A DNA stretch of 64,000 nt from Planctomycetota bacterium (GTDB lineage Bacteria > Planctomycetota > UBA11346). Both the position numbers and the translations under genes were made by a program. The notes under the pieces were generated by a model. It did no database searches. It was not told the origin of the DNA and was given only the letters and a program-made list of their open reading frames with translations. Shown here piece by piece: positions 48,622 to 58,375 of the stretch (position 1 is the first letter of the stretch; every line of letters starts with the position of its first letter). The stretch is from positions 1 through 64,000 of the forward strand of contig JBBQSO010000009.1 of NCBI GenBank assembly GCA_038213805.1, in the 5' to 3' direction.

Positions 48622-51600
48622 TCAGGGGTAGGTGGGTTTGGGCGGGGATTTGAGCTTCGCGTCGGCGAGCGCGGTGATCAGCAAGTGGGTGCGCGGGCCG
48701 AGTTCGATCTTCTGCGTGACGATGGCGTTGCCGGTGCGGTCGGTGACGGTCAGCGCCGTGTCCTTCCACACCACGCGGTACTCGGTGTAGGCGCTCACCA
48801 GGTCAAGATCGATCCAGGTGCCGCTGGTGCGGTCGCTGGCCTGGCCGAGCTGGATGCGCAGTTTGCCGCTGCCCTTGGCCTCGAAGTTGGCACCGATCAT
48901 GCCTTCGCGGATCGGCATGCCGATGCCGCTCAGGCTGTCCGGCGCGCCGCTGGGCAGCACCACGGTGTTCTCCTCAAGGGTGGCCTTGCCGAACGGCACC
49001 AGGTTGAGCGCGGCGAAGGCATCCGCCTTGCCCGCGCTGGCGCCGGCGGGGGCGACGCTGCCGGCGACCGCCACATAGCCGCGGCTGATGGCGATCTCGT
49101 CGAACTGCACCATGGCCCCGGCATTGGTGCCGAAGTGCAGCACCGGCAGCAGGTCGGTGGCGCGCACCTCGGCGGTCTCGCGACCGTTGTTGAGGTCGAC
49201 GCCGATGGTGCCGTTGTCGCGCGCGTCGATGCGCAGGAAATTCGAGATCTTGGGCGTGAAGGGGAAGGGCTTGGCCTTGCGGCTCTCGGTCTTGGTCTTG
49301 ACCTCGTAGGTGTTGGCCGAGAAGTCGAGGATGACCTGCACGCTGCGGAAGTTCACCACCATCCCGCCGCGGTTGGCGGCGATCTGGTAGACGATCGATA
49401 CCGCCTTGGCCGAGGCCATGTCGCGGCGCTCCAGCCAGGCGTTGTCGCCGAGGTTGCCGAGCAGACCCTTGGAGACCTGCCAGTTGCTGGAGCGTTCGGG
49501 GAAGCCCTTGGCAAGGTCGTCGGGCATGTCGAAGGTGACGTTGTCCTTGCTGCTCGCCACCGCGGGCTCGCCCGCGCGGGCGGGGGCGAGGTTCTTGAGC
49601 GCGGTCTCGAAGCGCGCCATGGGCTCGACCGCCTGCGGGAACTGGACCTTGTCGACCTTGCGCAGCGCCTCGAACGCGTCCTGCATGCCCTTGGCGTTGC
49701 CGAGCCTCAGCGCCTCGTTGCCCTTGGCGACGCTGTCGTTCACGTCGCGCTGGCGCTCGAGCGAGATCAGGATCTCGAGTTCGCTGCCGACTTCCGGCGC
49801 GAGCACGCCCTTGGCCTTGCGCAGCTGCACGCCCGCCAAATCGGGATCGCCGGCGGCGAGCAGCATGATGGTGGCGAGCGCGTGGTCGTCGCCCTTGGCG
49901 GCCGGCACCGCCGCGGCGGCGCGGAAGAGCTCAGCGACATCCTTGATCGCGACCTGCGGCCACGTGAGTTCCGTGCGGCTGTCGTTGGGCGAGGTGATGG
50001 TCACGCCCGCCGCGGTCGCCCCGGTCACGTCCCAGAGCTCGGCCGTGGTGGGGTGGCGGACGCGCAGCTTGGCCGGCGGGTGCTCGCTGATGATGCGCGC
50101 GAGCACGTCGCCGCGGTTGTTCCACAGCACCACCTTGTGCTTGATCGCGGCACTCTCGGGCGCGCCATCGGGCAGGGTGGTGAGCTGCTGCTGGACGAGG
50201 TTCTGGTTGTTGACCAGCAGCGCTGCGGTGACCTGGCTGTCGATCTGCACGATGCGCTGGAGGTCGGGCTTGGCGGGCTCGGGCAGCGCCGCCGGGACGG
50301 ACGGTACCGCGGCGGGCGACGGGACGGCGGCGACGGCCGGATCCTTGGTCGCCTCGCCGCCGCCGGCGGGGGCGAGTGTCACCGGCCGGCCGAGGCGCTT
50401 CTCTGCCTCGGTGGCCAGGCCCTTGGCCCAGGCGGCGTCGCCCGGGAAGCCCCAATACGTCTGGGGCGGGGTCAGCAGGGCGCCGATCAGCACCGGGTCG
50501 GTACCAGCCGCGGCCTCTTTCTCGACCGCCTGACGGCGCAAGTCGTGATTCGCGCGCACGCGCTCAGCGACGTTCTTCGAGTCCTCCTCGGTGGGCAGGG
50601 TGTCGCACTTGGCGAGCGCCTCGGCGAAATGCTCGCTGCGCTCGAGGCTGCCGATCTCGAGGATCACCTGGACGCGCTCTTCGGAGGTGACGCGCTTGAC
50701 CGCGACCGGCTCCGGCGCCGTGGTGCCGCCGATCGAGCCGTCGACCCCGGCTGGAACGGTCGCGGTGGGCACGGCGGCGACCGCCGGAGCGGCGGGCTTG
50801 TCAGGGCCGGCCGCGGCGCCCGGCGCGAGCGCGGAGAAGGCGCCCTTGCCTGGCGGCTTGGGCTTGTCGACGGTCGGCGCCGCAACTGGCGCCGGGGCCA
50901 GTTGCGGCGACTTCGCCTTCTCCGGCATCGGCTCGAGCGGCGCCAGGGTCGGGCGCGTCGCCACCTTCACCGGATTGAGTACGTAGAAGCCGACCGCGCC
51001 GCCGATCAGCAGCACCGCGACCACCACCAGGACGATGATGCCGGTCGAGCTCTCGGGCTCTTTGCGCCGCGAAGTGGTTACCTCGCCGCTGGCGGTACGC
51101 GAACCGCGCCGCGCGGTGCCCGTGCCGGTGCCGGTGCGGTTCATGCTCGAGGTGCCGATGCGCGGGATCGGACCGGTCGCGGTACCACCCATGCGCGGGA
51201 TCGGACCGGTGACGGTGCCGCTGCGCCGGATGCTGGCGCTGCCGGGCGCAGGATTGGAGATGTTCGAGGTGAGGCGCAGGGTCTGCCGCTTGGCGCCGCC
51301 GCCGAAACGGTCGAGGGTGTCGATGACCTCGCGGTAGCCCTGGAAGCGGTCCTTACGCTCGGCCGCCACCAGCTTCTGGAAGAACAGGTCGAGGTCGCGG
51401 CTGACGCCACCCTGCACGCTGCGCAGGGAGCGCGCGCCGTTGGCCACCACCTTGTGCAGCGCCTCGTGGGCGTTGTAGCCGGTGACCAGGCCCTCGCCGG
51501 TCATCATGCGGAAAAGCAGCGCGCCGAGCATGAAGATATCGGCGCGCACGTCGCTGCGGATCTCATCGCTGAGATGCTCGGGGGCGAGGTAGTACTCGGT

Positions 51601-53055
51601 CGCGGCGCTCGCGCCGGAAAGTTCACGCACCAGGTAGCGGTGGTTCTTGGGCACCGCCAACTCGTCGAGCAGGACGTTGCCCTCAGGGCTGACCAGCACC
51701 ACCTCGGGACGCAGCCAGCCGTGCACCACGCCGTGGCGCGCGGCCTCCTCCAGGGCGAGGGCGAGCTGGCGGATGATGCCCATGGCGTGCGGCGGGGCGA
51801 GCGCGCGGCGGCGAGCGAGGATGTGCCCGAGCGGCTCGTAGTCGGCGGGATCGGTGCTGAACAACGCCGCGGCGTCGCGCGTCGGCTGGAGCGCGGCGAG
51901 GGGCAGGATGTAGGGATGCTTGACCTGGCTGGCGAGGCGCACGTGCGGCTCGAGCGCCTGCTGATAGCCGGGTTGGCGCATCAGCGCGGTGTTGAGGGTC
52001 AGGGCGCGCAGATTGCGGCCGGTGGCGCGCTCGCGCACGCGCGCGCGGCGGCCCTGCACGCTCTCGTCGAGGGGCGCGATCAGGTCGAAGCCGGGCACCT
52101 CGAAGGGCACCACGCTGCTGACTTGCGGCGGCAGCTGCGCCTGCGCGCCGCGAGCGGCACCGAGCGCCCCCGTGCCGCCGGCCGGGTCGGGGATCGCCTG
52201 CATGCCGTAGGCGCTTTCGTCGCGCAACTTCTCGCCGATGGTCGCGCGCGGGCCCGAGCCGCCGCCGACGGCGGCGGGCGCCGGAGCGCGCGTCAGACCG
52301 CGCTCGGTGTCGAGGACCTCGAGCGCCGAGCCGCACACACCACAGGCGTAGACCATGCCGACCGCGGCGTTGCCGATCTCGAGCATGGCCTGGCAGCGGT
52401 AGCACGAGATCAGCCAGCTGCCGGAGCGTGCCGCCACCGGCTCCTGGTCGGGGATCGCCGCCTGCGGCACGCCGGAATCGCTGCGCCGCGCGCGCTCGAG
52501 CGCGAGATCGGAGACCACGCGCATGGTCTCCATCACGCCCTGGCCGTCGATCGCCACCGCCGCCACGCTCGGCCAGCCGCGCACGTTCATCAGCGGCTCG
52601 AGCTGCTCGGGCCTGAGCGCGGTCGGCAGGTCCTGCTTGTTGTACTGCATCACCACCGGGATGTCGTCGGCCAGCGCATGATGGCGCAGGTTGCCGAGCA
52701 TCTCGTTCATCGCTTCGATGTTCTCGTCGAGCGCCTCGCGGCGGCTGTCGGCGACAAACACCACGGCGTCGGCGCCGGCCCGCACCGCGCGGCGCGTGGC
52801 GGCGTAGTAGCTCTGCCCGGGCACGGTGTAGAAGTCGAAGCGCACCTGGTGGCCGCGCACCTCGCCCATCTCGACGGCGAGTAGGTCGAAGCGCAGGGTG
52901 CGCTCGGAATGGGTGTCGACCATCACCAGATCGCCCGCGGCCTGGCTCGGCACGCGATCGTGGATCACCGTCAGGTTGGTGGTCTTGCCCGCCATGCCGG
53001 GGCCGTAATAGACCACCTTGAGCACGACTTCACAGGCGGGACCATCGATGCGCAT
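48622..53055 (-). CDS. MglA-family GTPase / Zn-ribbon / Hanks-type pseudokinase / TM / periplasmic domain fusion (1477 aa)
   Basis: KVVYYGPGMAGKTTNL, ERTLRFD, YTVPGQ, QYNKQD; CYRC...CGVC; kinase fold with HPYI, HGWLRPE, YLAPE, DVRADIFMLG; TM GIIVLVVVAVLLIGGAVGFYVL. Confidence 0.9.
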   Translation of the reverse strand: MRIDGPACEVVLKVVYYGPGMAGKTTNLTVIHDRVPSQAAGDLVMVDTHSERTLRFDLLAVEMGEVRGHQVRFDFYTVPGQSYYAATRRAVRAGADAVVFVADSRREALDENIEAMNEMLGNLRHHALADDIPVVMQYNKQDLPTALRPEQLEPLMNVRGWPSVAAVAIDGQGVMETMRVVSDLALERARRSDSGVPQAAIPDQEPVAARSGSWLISCYRCQAMLEIGNAAVGMVYACGVCGSALEVLDTERGLTRAPAPAAVGGGSGPRATIGEKLRDESAYGMQAIPDPAGGTGALGAARGAQAQLPPQVSSVVPFEVPGFDLIAPLDESVQGRRARVRERATGRNLRALTLNTALMRQPGYQQALEPHVRLASQVKHPYILPLAALQPTRDAAALFSTDPADYEPLGHILARRRALAPPHAMGIIRQLALALEEAARHGVVHGWLRPEVVLVSPEGNVLLDELAVPKNHRYLVRELSGASAATEYYLAPEHLSDEIRSDVRADIFMLGALLFRMMTGEGLVTGYNAHEALHKVVANGARSLRSVQGGVSRDLDLFFQKLVAAERKDRFQGYREVIDTLDRFGGGAKRQTLRLTSNISNPAPGSASIRRSGTVTGPIPRMGGTATGPIPRIGTSSMNRTGTGTGTARRGSRTASGEVTTSRRKEPESSTGIIVLVVVAVLLIGGAVGFYVLNPVKVATRPTLAPLEPMPEKAKSPQLAPAPVAAPTVDKPKPPGKGAFSALAPGAAAGPDKPAAPAVAAVPTATVPAGVDGSIGGTTAPEPVAVKRVTSEERVQVILEIGSLERSEHFAEALAKCDTLPTEEDSKNVAERVRANHDLRRQAVEKEAAAGTDPVLIGALLTPPQTYWGFPGDAAWAKGLATEAEKRLGRPVTLAPAGGGEATKDPAVAAVPSPAAVPSVPAALPEPAKPDLQRIVQIDSQVTAALLVNNQNLVQQQLTTLPDGAPESAAIKHKVVLWNNRGDVLARIISEHPPAKLRVRHPTTAELWDVTGATAAGVTITSPNDSRTELTWPQVAIKDVAELFRAAAAVPAAKGDDHALATIMLLAAGDPDLAGVQLRKAKGVLAPEVGSELEILISLERQRDVNDSVAKGNEALRLGNAKGMQDAFEALRKVDKVQFPQAVEPMARFETALKNLAPARAGEPAVASSKDNVTFDMPDDLAKGFPERSSNWQVSKGLLGNLGDNAWLERRDMASAKAVSIVYQIAANRGGMVVNFRSVQVILDFSANTYEVKTKTESRKAKPFPFTPKISNFLRIDARDNGTIGVDLNNGRETAEVRATDLLPVLHFGTNAGAMVQFDEIAISRGYVAVAGSVAPAGASAGKADAFAALNLVPFGKATLEENTVVLPSGAPDSLSGIGMPIREGMIGANFEAKGSGKLRIQLGQASDRTSGTWIDLDLVSAYTEYRVVWKDTALTVTDRTGNAIVTQKIELGPRTHLLITALADAKLKSPPKPTYP

Positions 53056-53082
53056 TGCGACCTCCGGACGGGACGGCTGAAA

Positions 53083-53706
53083 TCACACCACCGCCCGCGC
53101 ACGATCGGCGGCGGGGGATGGCTTGGGTTTCACGAAAGAACGCAGGGCGAGCACGGCGAAGCCGCTGCAGATGCCGGCATCGGCGATGTTGAAGGTCGGC
53201 CAGACGTAATCGATGCCGACACCCTGAAGGTCGACACGGATGAAGTCGCGCACCCCGCCGAGGGCGTGCAGGCGGGCCAGGGCGCGATCGATGCCGTTGC
53301 CGAGCGCGCCACCGAGGATCGCGCCGAAGGCGAGGTTCTCCCACCGCCCCACCAGGCGGAAGTAGCGCCACCAGATCCAGCCGAGCAGCGGGATGAGCAG
53401 CGCGGTGACCACCGCGACCAGGCCGGGGAAGCTGCCGGCCATGCCCCAGGCCACGCCCGGGTTGTAGGAGCGGTCGATCCAGCCCGGCATGCCGCTGACC
53501 GGCCCGGGGATGGCGGCGTTGAAGCGCGGCGTCTGCACCGGCAGCGCGAACAGCCACAGCTTGGTGAGCTGGTCGAGGAGCAACACCAGCGCCAGCGCCG
53601 GCACGAACCAGCGGCGCCAGGCCAGGAAGACGCTGATGGTCGAAGTCCCCCGCCGCGGTGGAGCGGGGGGGTCGGCGGCCAGGGTAGAGGAGCGGGATGA
53701 GGGCAT
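53083..53706 (-). CDS. lspA: Lipoprotein signal peptidase II
   Basis: LLDQLTK, NPGVAWG, GGALGNGIDR, GVRDFI, WPTFNIAD; start approximate. Confidence 0.95.
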   Translation of the reverse strand: MPSSRSSTLAADPPAPPRRGTSTISVFLAWRRWFVPALALVLLLDQLTKLWLFALPVQTPRFNAAIPGPVSGMPGWIDRSYNPGVAWGMAGSFPGLVAVVTALLIPLLGWIWWRYFRLVGRWENLAFGAILGGALGNGIDRALARLHALGGVRDFIRVDLQGVGIDYVWPTFNIADAGICSGFAVLALRSFVKPKPSPAADRARAVV

Positions 53707-53899
53707 GGCGACCTGGAACGGATGCAGCAGACCAGAAGCGGGGCGCGGGCGCAGGCGGGAAATGGCGCTGGGCAGAGCGCGCCCCACGCTCCATCACACT
53801 ACCTTCCTCAGCAGACGGCCGCAAGCAACAGAGATGGTCGATGGCCGTCTTGCATCCCCTGGCACACGGCGAGGATACGCTACCCGCCAAGGATTCCGC

Positions 53900-55081
53900 A
53901 TGGCCGACTCCGCACCCTCCTCCAGCGTCGAGAACCCCTACCTGGTGCAGAACTACAACCGCAACGCCGTGCGCTTCGTGCGCGGTTCCGGCTGTCATCT
54001 GGAGGACGATCGGGGCAAGCGTTACCTGGACGCCTTCGCCGGCGTGGCGGTGAGCGCCCTGGGGCACGGCCACCCGCGCCTCGCCCAGGTCATCGCCGAC
54101 CAGGCGCGGACCCTGATCCACACCTCCAACCACTACTGCATCGGGCGGCAGGAAGAGCTAGCGAAGCTGATCGTGACCAGCGCCTTCCCCGGACGCGTGC
54201 TGTTTTGCAACAGCGGCACCGAGGCCAACGAGATCGCCTACAAGGCCGCCCGGCTGTGGGGCAACCTGCTGCACGGCGGGCGCAAGACGCGCATGCTGGC
54301 GTTCACCAACAGCTTCCATGGTCGCACCCTGGGCGCCCTGAGCATCACCCAGACTCCGGCCTACCGCGAGCCTTTCGCCCCCCTGCCGCCGGCCGAGTTC
54401 CTGCCCTTCGGCGATCTCGCCGCCTGTGAGCAGGCCATTGGCGACGACGTCGCCGCGGTCTTCATCGAACCCATTCAGGGCGAGGCCGGGGTCTTCGTGC
54501 CGCCCGCCGGCCACCTCGCCGCGCTGCGTGCGCTGTGCACCCGTCACGGCGCCCTGCTGGTGTTCGACGAGATCCAGACCGGGGTCGGCCGCACCGGCCG
54601 CATGTTCGCCTATCAGCATGACGGGGTGATTCCCGATATCATGAGCATGGCCAAGGGCTTGGGTGGTGGCGTCCCGATCGGGGCCTCGCTCATGAGCGAG
54701 GCCGTGGCGGCGCTTTTCAAGCCCGGCATGCACGGCACCACCTTCGGCGGCAACCAACTCGCCTGCGCCGCGGGCGTGGCCGTGCTGGAAGAGGTCGCCG
54801 CCCCCGGCTTCCTCGCCAACGTGGTGGCGCGCAGCGAGCAGCTCCAGGCCGGCCTGCGCGCGCGCTTCGGTGCCGCCGCGGTGCGCGGCCGGGGCCTGCT
54901 GCTTGGCGTCCAGCTCACCCAGGCTCCCGGCCCGCTGGTCAAGGCGGCCCTCGACGCCGGTCTGGTGGTCGGTCCAGCGGGCAACAACACCCTGCGCATC
55001 GCGCCGCCGCTGGTCATCACCGCCGCCGAGGTCGACGACCTGCTGACCCGCCTCGATGTGGCCCGCGCCGCGCTCGGCTGA
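53900..55081 (+). CDS. argD: Acetylornithine aminotransferase (class III PLP)
   Basis: NSGTEANE, SFHGRT, EPIQGEAG, FDEIQTG, MAKGLGGG, HGTTFGGN. Confidence 0.92.
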   Translation: MADSAPSSSVENPYLVQNYNRNAVRFVRGSGCHLEDDRGKRYLDAFAGVAVSALGHGHPRLAQVIADQARTLIHTSNHYCIGRQEELAKLIVTSAFPGRVLFCNSGTEANEIAYKAARLWGNLLHGGRKTRMLAFTNSFHGRTLGALSITQTPAYREPFAPLPPAEFLPFGDLAACEQAIGDDVAAVFIEPIQGEAGVFVPPAGHLAALRALCTRHGALLVFDEIQTGVGRTGRMFAYQHDGVIPDIMSMAKGLGGGVPIGASLMSEAVAALFKPGMHGTTFGGNQLACAAGVAVLEEVAAPGFLANVVARSEQLQAGLRARFGAAAVRGRGLLLGVQLTQAPGPLVKAALDAGLVVGPAGNNTLRIAPPLVITAAEVDDLLTRLDVARAALG

Positions 55082-55280
55082 AGGCGCCCGGAACGGCGAG
55101 CCCCAGCTCGCCTCCGCGGTCATCGTCACCGTGCCGGTTGTTCGGCGCCGGTAGGGCAGATGTCGCCAGACGCGCTGGGGTGCGCCGCTCCCGGCGCCTG
55201 GTGCCGAGTCCGTAGCGCCTCCCCTGGTTGACCCCCGATCCCGGACGGCTACGGTCTTGGCCCATTTTCAAGGACTGCCC

Positions 55281-56558
55281 ATGCCCACCGCCACTCTTCC
55301 CCGCTCCGCCCAGGCCCTGGTCGGCACCCAGCGCCCGACCCTGGCGCAGGTCCGCCTGCTGCGGCGCGTCGCCATCCAGGATGTCGAAGAGACGAAGAAG
55401 CTGAGCGCCGCCCTCCAGGACGGCCTGGGTGCGCTCAAGGACGATGCCAAGGTGCGCAAGGGCATCCTCAGCCTCGCCCTGGGCCACTTCAGCGATGCGG
55501 AAGAGGCCTTCTCCGGCACTGACGCCTACAGCCAGGCGCTGCTCGGGCTGGTCTACCACGAGCTCGGCGAGCACGCCGACGCCAAGGTCCACCTCGCCGC
55601 CGCCGCCAAGGGCCTGCCCGAGGCCAAGGCCGAACTGGTCCGCACCCTGCTCGACGGCGGCCAGATCGAGGACGCCGAGAAGGCCCTCGCCAACGTCACC
55701 GATGGCGCCGACCGCGAATTCCTCGCCGGCCGCCTGCAGGACGCCAAGGGCAACGTCGAGGCCGCCATCAACGCCTACGAGGCCGCCCTCGAGAAGGACC
55801 CGGAGCACGTCGAAGCGGCGTTCAAGCTCGGCGTCCTGCTCGACCGCATCGGCGATGACGACATGGCCGTCGAGTACTACCTGGTGTGCGCCGACGTCGC
55901 GCCCCACTACCTCGCGGGCGTGACCAACCTGGGCATCTTGTATGAGGAGCGCGGCGAGTCGAACGCCGCCATCGACTGCTTCCGCCAGGTGCTGGCCTAC
56001 AACCCGCGCGACCGCCGCGCGCTGATGCTGCTGCGCGATGCCAAGTCGAGCCGCACCATGTACTACGACGAGCGCGAAGAGCGCGAGCGCGAGCGCATGG
56101 AGAAGATCATGCGCACGCCGGTCAACGATTTCGAGTTGTCGGTGCGCAGCCGCAACTGCCTGGCCAAGATGAACATCTTCACCCTCGGCGACCTGCTCAA
56201 GATCACCGAGCAGGAGATGCTGTCGTACAAGAACTTCGGCGAGACCTCGCTGAAGGAAGTGAAGGAGATGCTCGCAGCGCGCAATCTGCGCCTGGGCATG
56301 TTCCGCGACGGCGACGAGCGCTCGATCTCGAAGGCCGACCAGAAGATCCTCGGCGAGAGCGTCGAGAAGCTCGAGCTGTCGACGCGCACGCAGCAGGTGC
56401 TCGAGAACCTCGGCGTCTCGCGCATCGGCGACCTCGCCCAGTACACCGACCTCGACCTCTATAAGGCCGCCGGTTCGGGCCAGAGCGTGGTCCAGGAGCT
56501 GTCGACCGCGCTCGGCGCCTTCGGCGTCAGCCTGCCGCGTCCCGAGATCAAGCTCTAG
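55281..56558 (+). CDS. TPR protein with two C-terminal RNA polymerase alpha-CTD-like domains
   Basis: TPR repeats, then PVNDFELSVRSRNCLAKMNIFTLGDL...KNFGETSLKEVKEML and a second degenerate copy SVEKLELSTRTQQVLENLGVSRIGDL. No alpha N-terminal domain. Confidence 0.92.
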   Translation: MPTATLPRSAQALVGTQRPTLAQVRLLRRVAIQDVEETKKLSAALQDGLGALKDDAKVRKGILSLALGHFSDAEEAFSGTDAYSQALLGLVYHELGEHADAKVHLAAAAKGLPEAKAELVRTLLDGGQIEDAEKALANVTDGADREFLAGRLQDAKGNVEAAINAYEAALEKDPEHVEAAFKLGVLLDRIGDDDMAVEYYLVCADVAPHYLAGVTNLGILYEERGESNAAIDCFRQVLAYNPRDRRALMLLRDAKSSRTMYYDEREERERERMEKIMRTPVNDFELSVRSRNCLAKMNIFTLGDLLKITEQEMLSYKNFGETSLKEVKEMLAARNLRLGMFRDGDERSISKADQKILGESVEKLELSTRTQQVLENLGVSRIGDLAQYTDLDLYKAAGSGQSVVQELSTALGAFGVSLPRPEIKL

Positions 56559-56567
56559 AGAGTAGAG

Positions 56568-56602
56568 AGTCCGGAAGTCCGGGGTCCGGAAGTCCGGAAG
56601 TC
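56568..56602 (+). repeat. Octamer tandem array (GTCCGGAA)~4 directly after the stop codon
   Basis: agtccggaagtccggggtccggaagtccggaagtc. Confidence 0.85.
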
Positions 56603-56628
56603 GACAGCCCCGTAGCCGCTGTATCCCG

Positions 56629-56662
56629 AGCATGCCCGCCGTTCCGGTGGGCATGCTTTTTT
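56629..56662 (+). terminator. Rho-independent terminator
   Basis: AGCATGCCCGCCG-TTC-CGGTGGGCATGCT followed by a T-run, downstream of the TPR-alphaCTD gene. Confidence 0.8.
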
Positions 56663-56903
56663 GATTCTGCCCACCAGGGTGGGGACCCCGGGTGGCGATT
56701 CCTCCACGGCGCACCGAACGAGCCACGGCAGCTCGACAACACCTCGAGTCTCGGGCCAACGTGCGCCATCCGACTAGGCGATTCCCCACTGCCAGTCGCA
56801 GCCGGACCTCGCATGGCAGTGTGATACGGGACTCCCGTGCGACTCCCGTGGGAGTACGGGAATTCTCTTGGTCGATCCTGCCGCAATGGGTTACAGTACC
56901 CCC

Positions 56904-58343
56904 ATGCAACAGCTGTACGAGCTGAACGTGCGCACCTGGCGCACGGAGCGCTCCCGGCAGCTGGGTCGCGTGGCCACCCTGGACGATCTTGGCCACGACC
57001 AGCTCGACCAGTTCGTCGAGGATGGCTTCACCTGGTTGTACCTGGTCGGGGTGTGGTCGATCGGGCCCCTCAGCCGCGCCACCTCGCTGCAGGATCCGCA
57101 GCTGCGCCAGTACCTTGCTGGGATCCTGCCTGATCTGAGCGACGACGACATCTGCGGCTCGCTGTTCGCACCCGAAGCCTACCGCGTCTCGTCGTGTCTG
57201 GGCGGCGACGAGGCGCTGGCGCGGCTGCGCGAACGCGCGCGCGCTTCTGGACTGTCGCTGATGCTGGACTTCATCCCCAACCACGTCGGGCTCGACCATC
57301 CCTGGGTGCAGGAGCACCCCGAGTACTGCATCCTCGGCGACGAGGCCGCGCTGCGCGCCGAACCCAACGCCTTCGCGCGCGTCGGCACGCGCATCGTCGC
57401 GCACGGCCGCGATCCGTTCTTCGCGCCCTGGCGGCACACGGTGCAGCTCGACCACGGCAATCCGCGTCTGCAGGACGAGCTCATCCGCACCGCCTCGGAC
57501 ATCGCCGGGCGCTGCGACGGGCTGCGCTGCGACGTCGCGATGCTGCTGCTGCCCGACGTCTTCGGCAACACCTGGAAGCGCGCCATGCAGCCGTTCTGGC
57601 GGAGCTGCCTCGACCGCGTGCGCGCCGAGCACCCCGGCACGCTGTTCATGGCCGAGGTCTACTGGAACCGCGAGTACGAGCTGCAACAGGCCGGCTTCGA
57701 CTTCACCTACGACAAGATCCTCTACGACCGTCTGCTGTCCGGCGACGCCGAGTCGGTGCGCGCGCACCTGCGCGCCGCGCTCGACTACCAGAACCACTGC
57801 GTGCGCTTCCTCGAGAACCACGAGGAGCAGCGCGCCGCCGCGCGCTTCAGCTACCCCGACCATCACCGCGGCGCGCTGCTGCTCACCGGCATGGTGCCGG
57901 GCATGCTGCTCTGCCACGAGGGCCAGGAAGACGGCCGCCTGGTGCACAACTCGATGCACGCCTGCCGGCGCGCGCAGGAGGACGGCTCGGCCCCGCACCG
58001 CGCCGCCTACCGCGAGCTGCTGCGTCTGCTCAGCGAGCCAGCCCGCCACCACGGCGCCTGGGAGCTGCTCGAGCCCTTCGACCAGCGCGGCGCCAACCTC
58101 ATCGGCTGCCTGTGGACGCTGCCCGCCCACCACGCGCTGCTGCTGGTCGTCAACGCCAGCTGGCAGCCCAGCGCCGGCGCCCTCGCGCCCGGCCCCTTCG
58201 CGCAGCGCGACTGCCAGTTCCAGGACTTCCTGAGCGGCGGCGCGACGCGCCTGATCAAAGGTGAGCAGCTGCGCCACGACGGCATCCCGGTGGACCTGCC
58301 GCCGTGGGGCGCGGTGGCGTACCGGATCATGCCGCTGCGCTGA
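56904..58343 (+). CDS. Alpha-amylase family (GH13) protein
   Basis: DFIPNH, DGLRCDVA, FMAEVY, FLENHEE conserved regions; no signal peptide. Confidence 0.9.
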   Translation: MQQLYELNVRTWRTERSRQLGRVATLDDLGHDQLDQFVEDGFTWLYLVGVWSIGPLSRATSLQDPQLRQYLAGILPDLSDDDICGSLFAPEAYRVSSCLGGDEALARLRERARASGLSLMLDFIPNHVGLDHPWVQEHPEYCILGDEAALRAEPNAFARVGTRIVAHGRDPFFAPWRHTVQLDHGNPRLQDELIRTASDIAGRCDGLRCDVAMLLLPDVFGNTWKRAMQPFWRSCLDRVRAEHPGTLFMAEVYWNREYELQQAGFDFTYDKILYDRLLSGDAESVRAHLRAALDYQNHCVRFLENHEEQRAAARFSYPDHHRGALLLTGMVPGMLLCHEGQEDGRLVHNSMHACRRAQEDGSAPHRAAYRELLRLLSEPARHHGAWELLEPFDQRGANLIGCLWTLPAHHALLLVVNASWQPSAGALAPGPFAQRDCQFQDFLSGGATRLIKGEQLRHDGIPVDLPPWGAVAYRIMPLR

Positions 58344-58375
58344 ATGCGGATCTCGCGGGACGCCTGATCGAACAA

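Noticed and set aside
48610..52884. Very long antisense ORFs (1424 aa here; also 4589..6631, 11569..13599, 22736..25249, 25255..27396, 55017..58277, 60330..62480)
   Set aside because: Shadow frames of genuine genes on the opposite strand; expected with high GC3 and no recognisable motifs.
38775..53055. Myxococcus-like Agl/Glt gliding machinery (ExbBD/TonB/TPR plus MglA)
   Set aside because: The TonB cluster has TtpC-type order, lies about 5 kb from the MglA fusion with unrelated genes between, and no Glt-like set or MglB is present.
55281..56558. Calling this gene rpoA
   Set aside because: It lacks the alpha N-terminal dimerisation domain and the ribosomal operon context.
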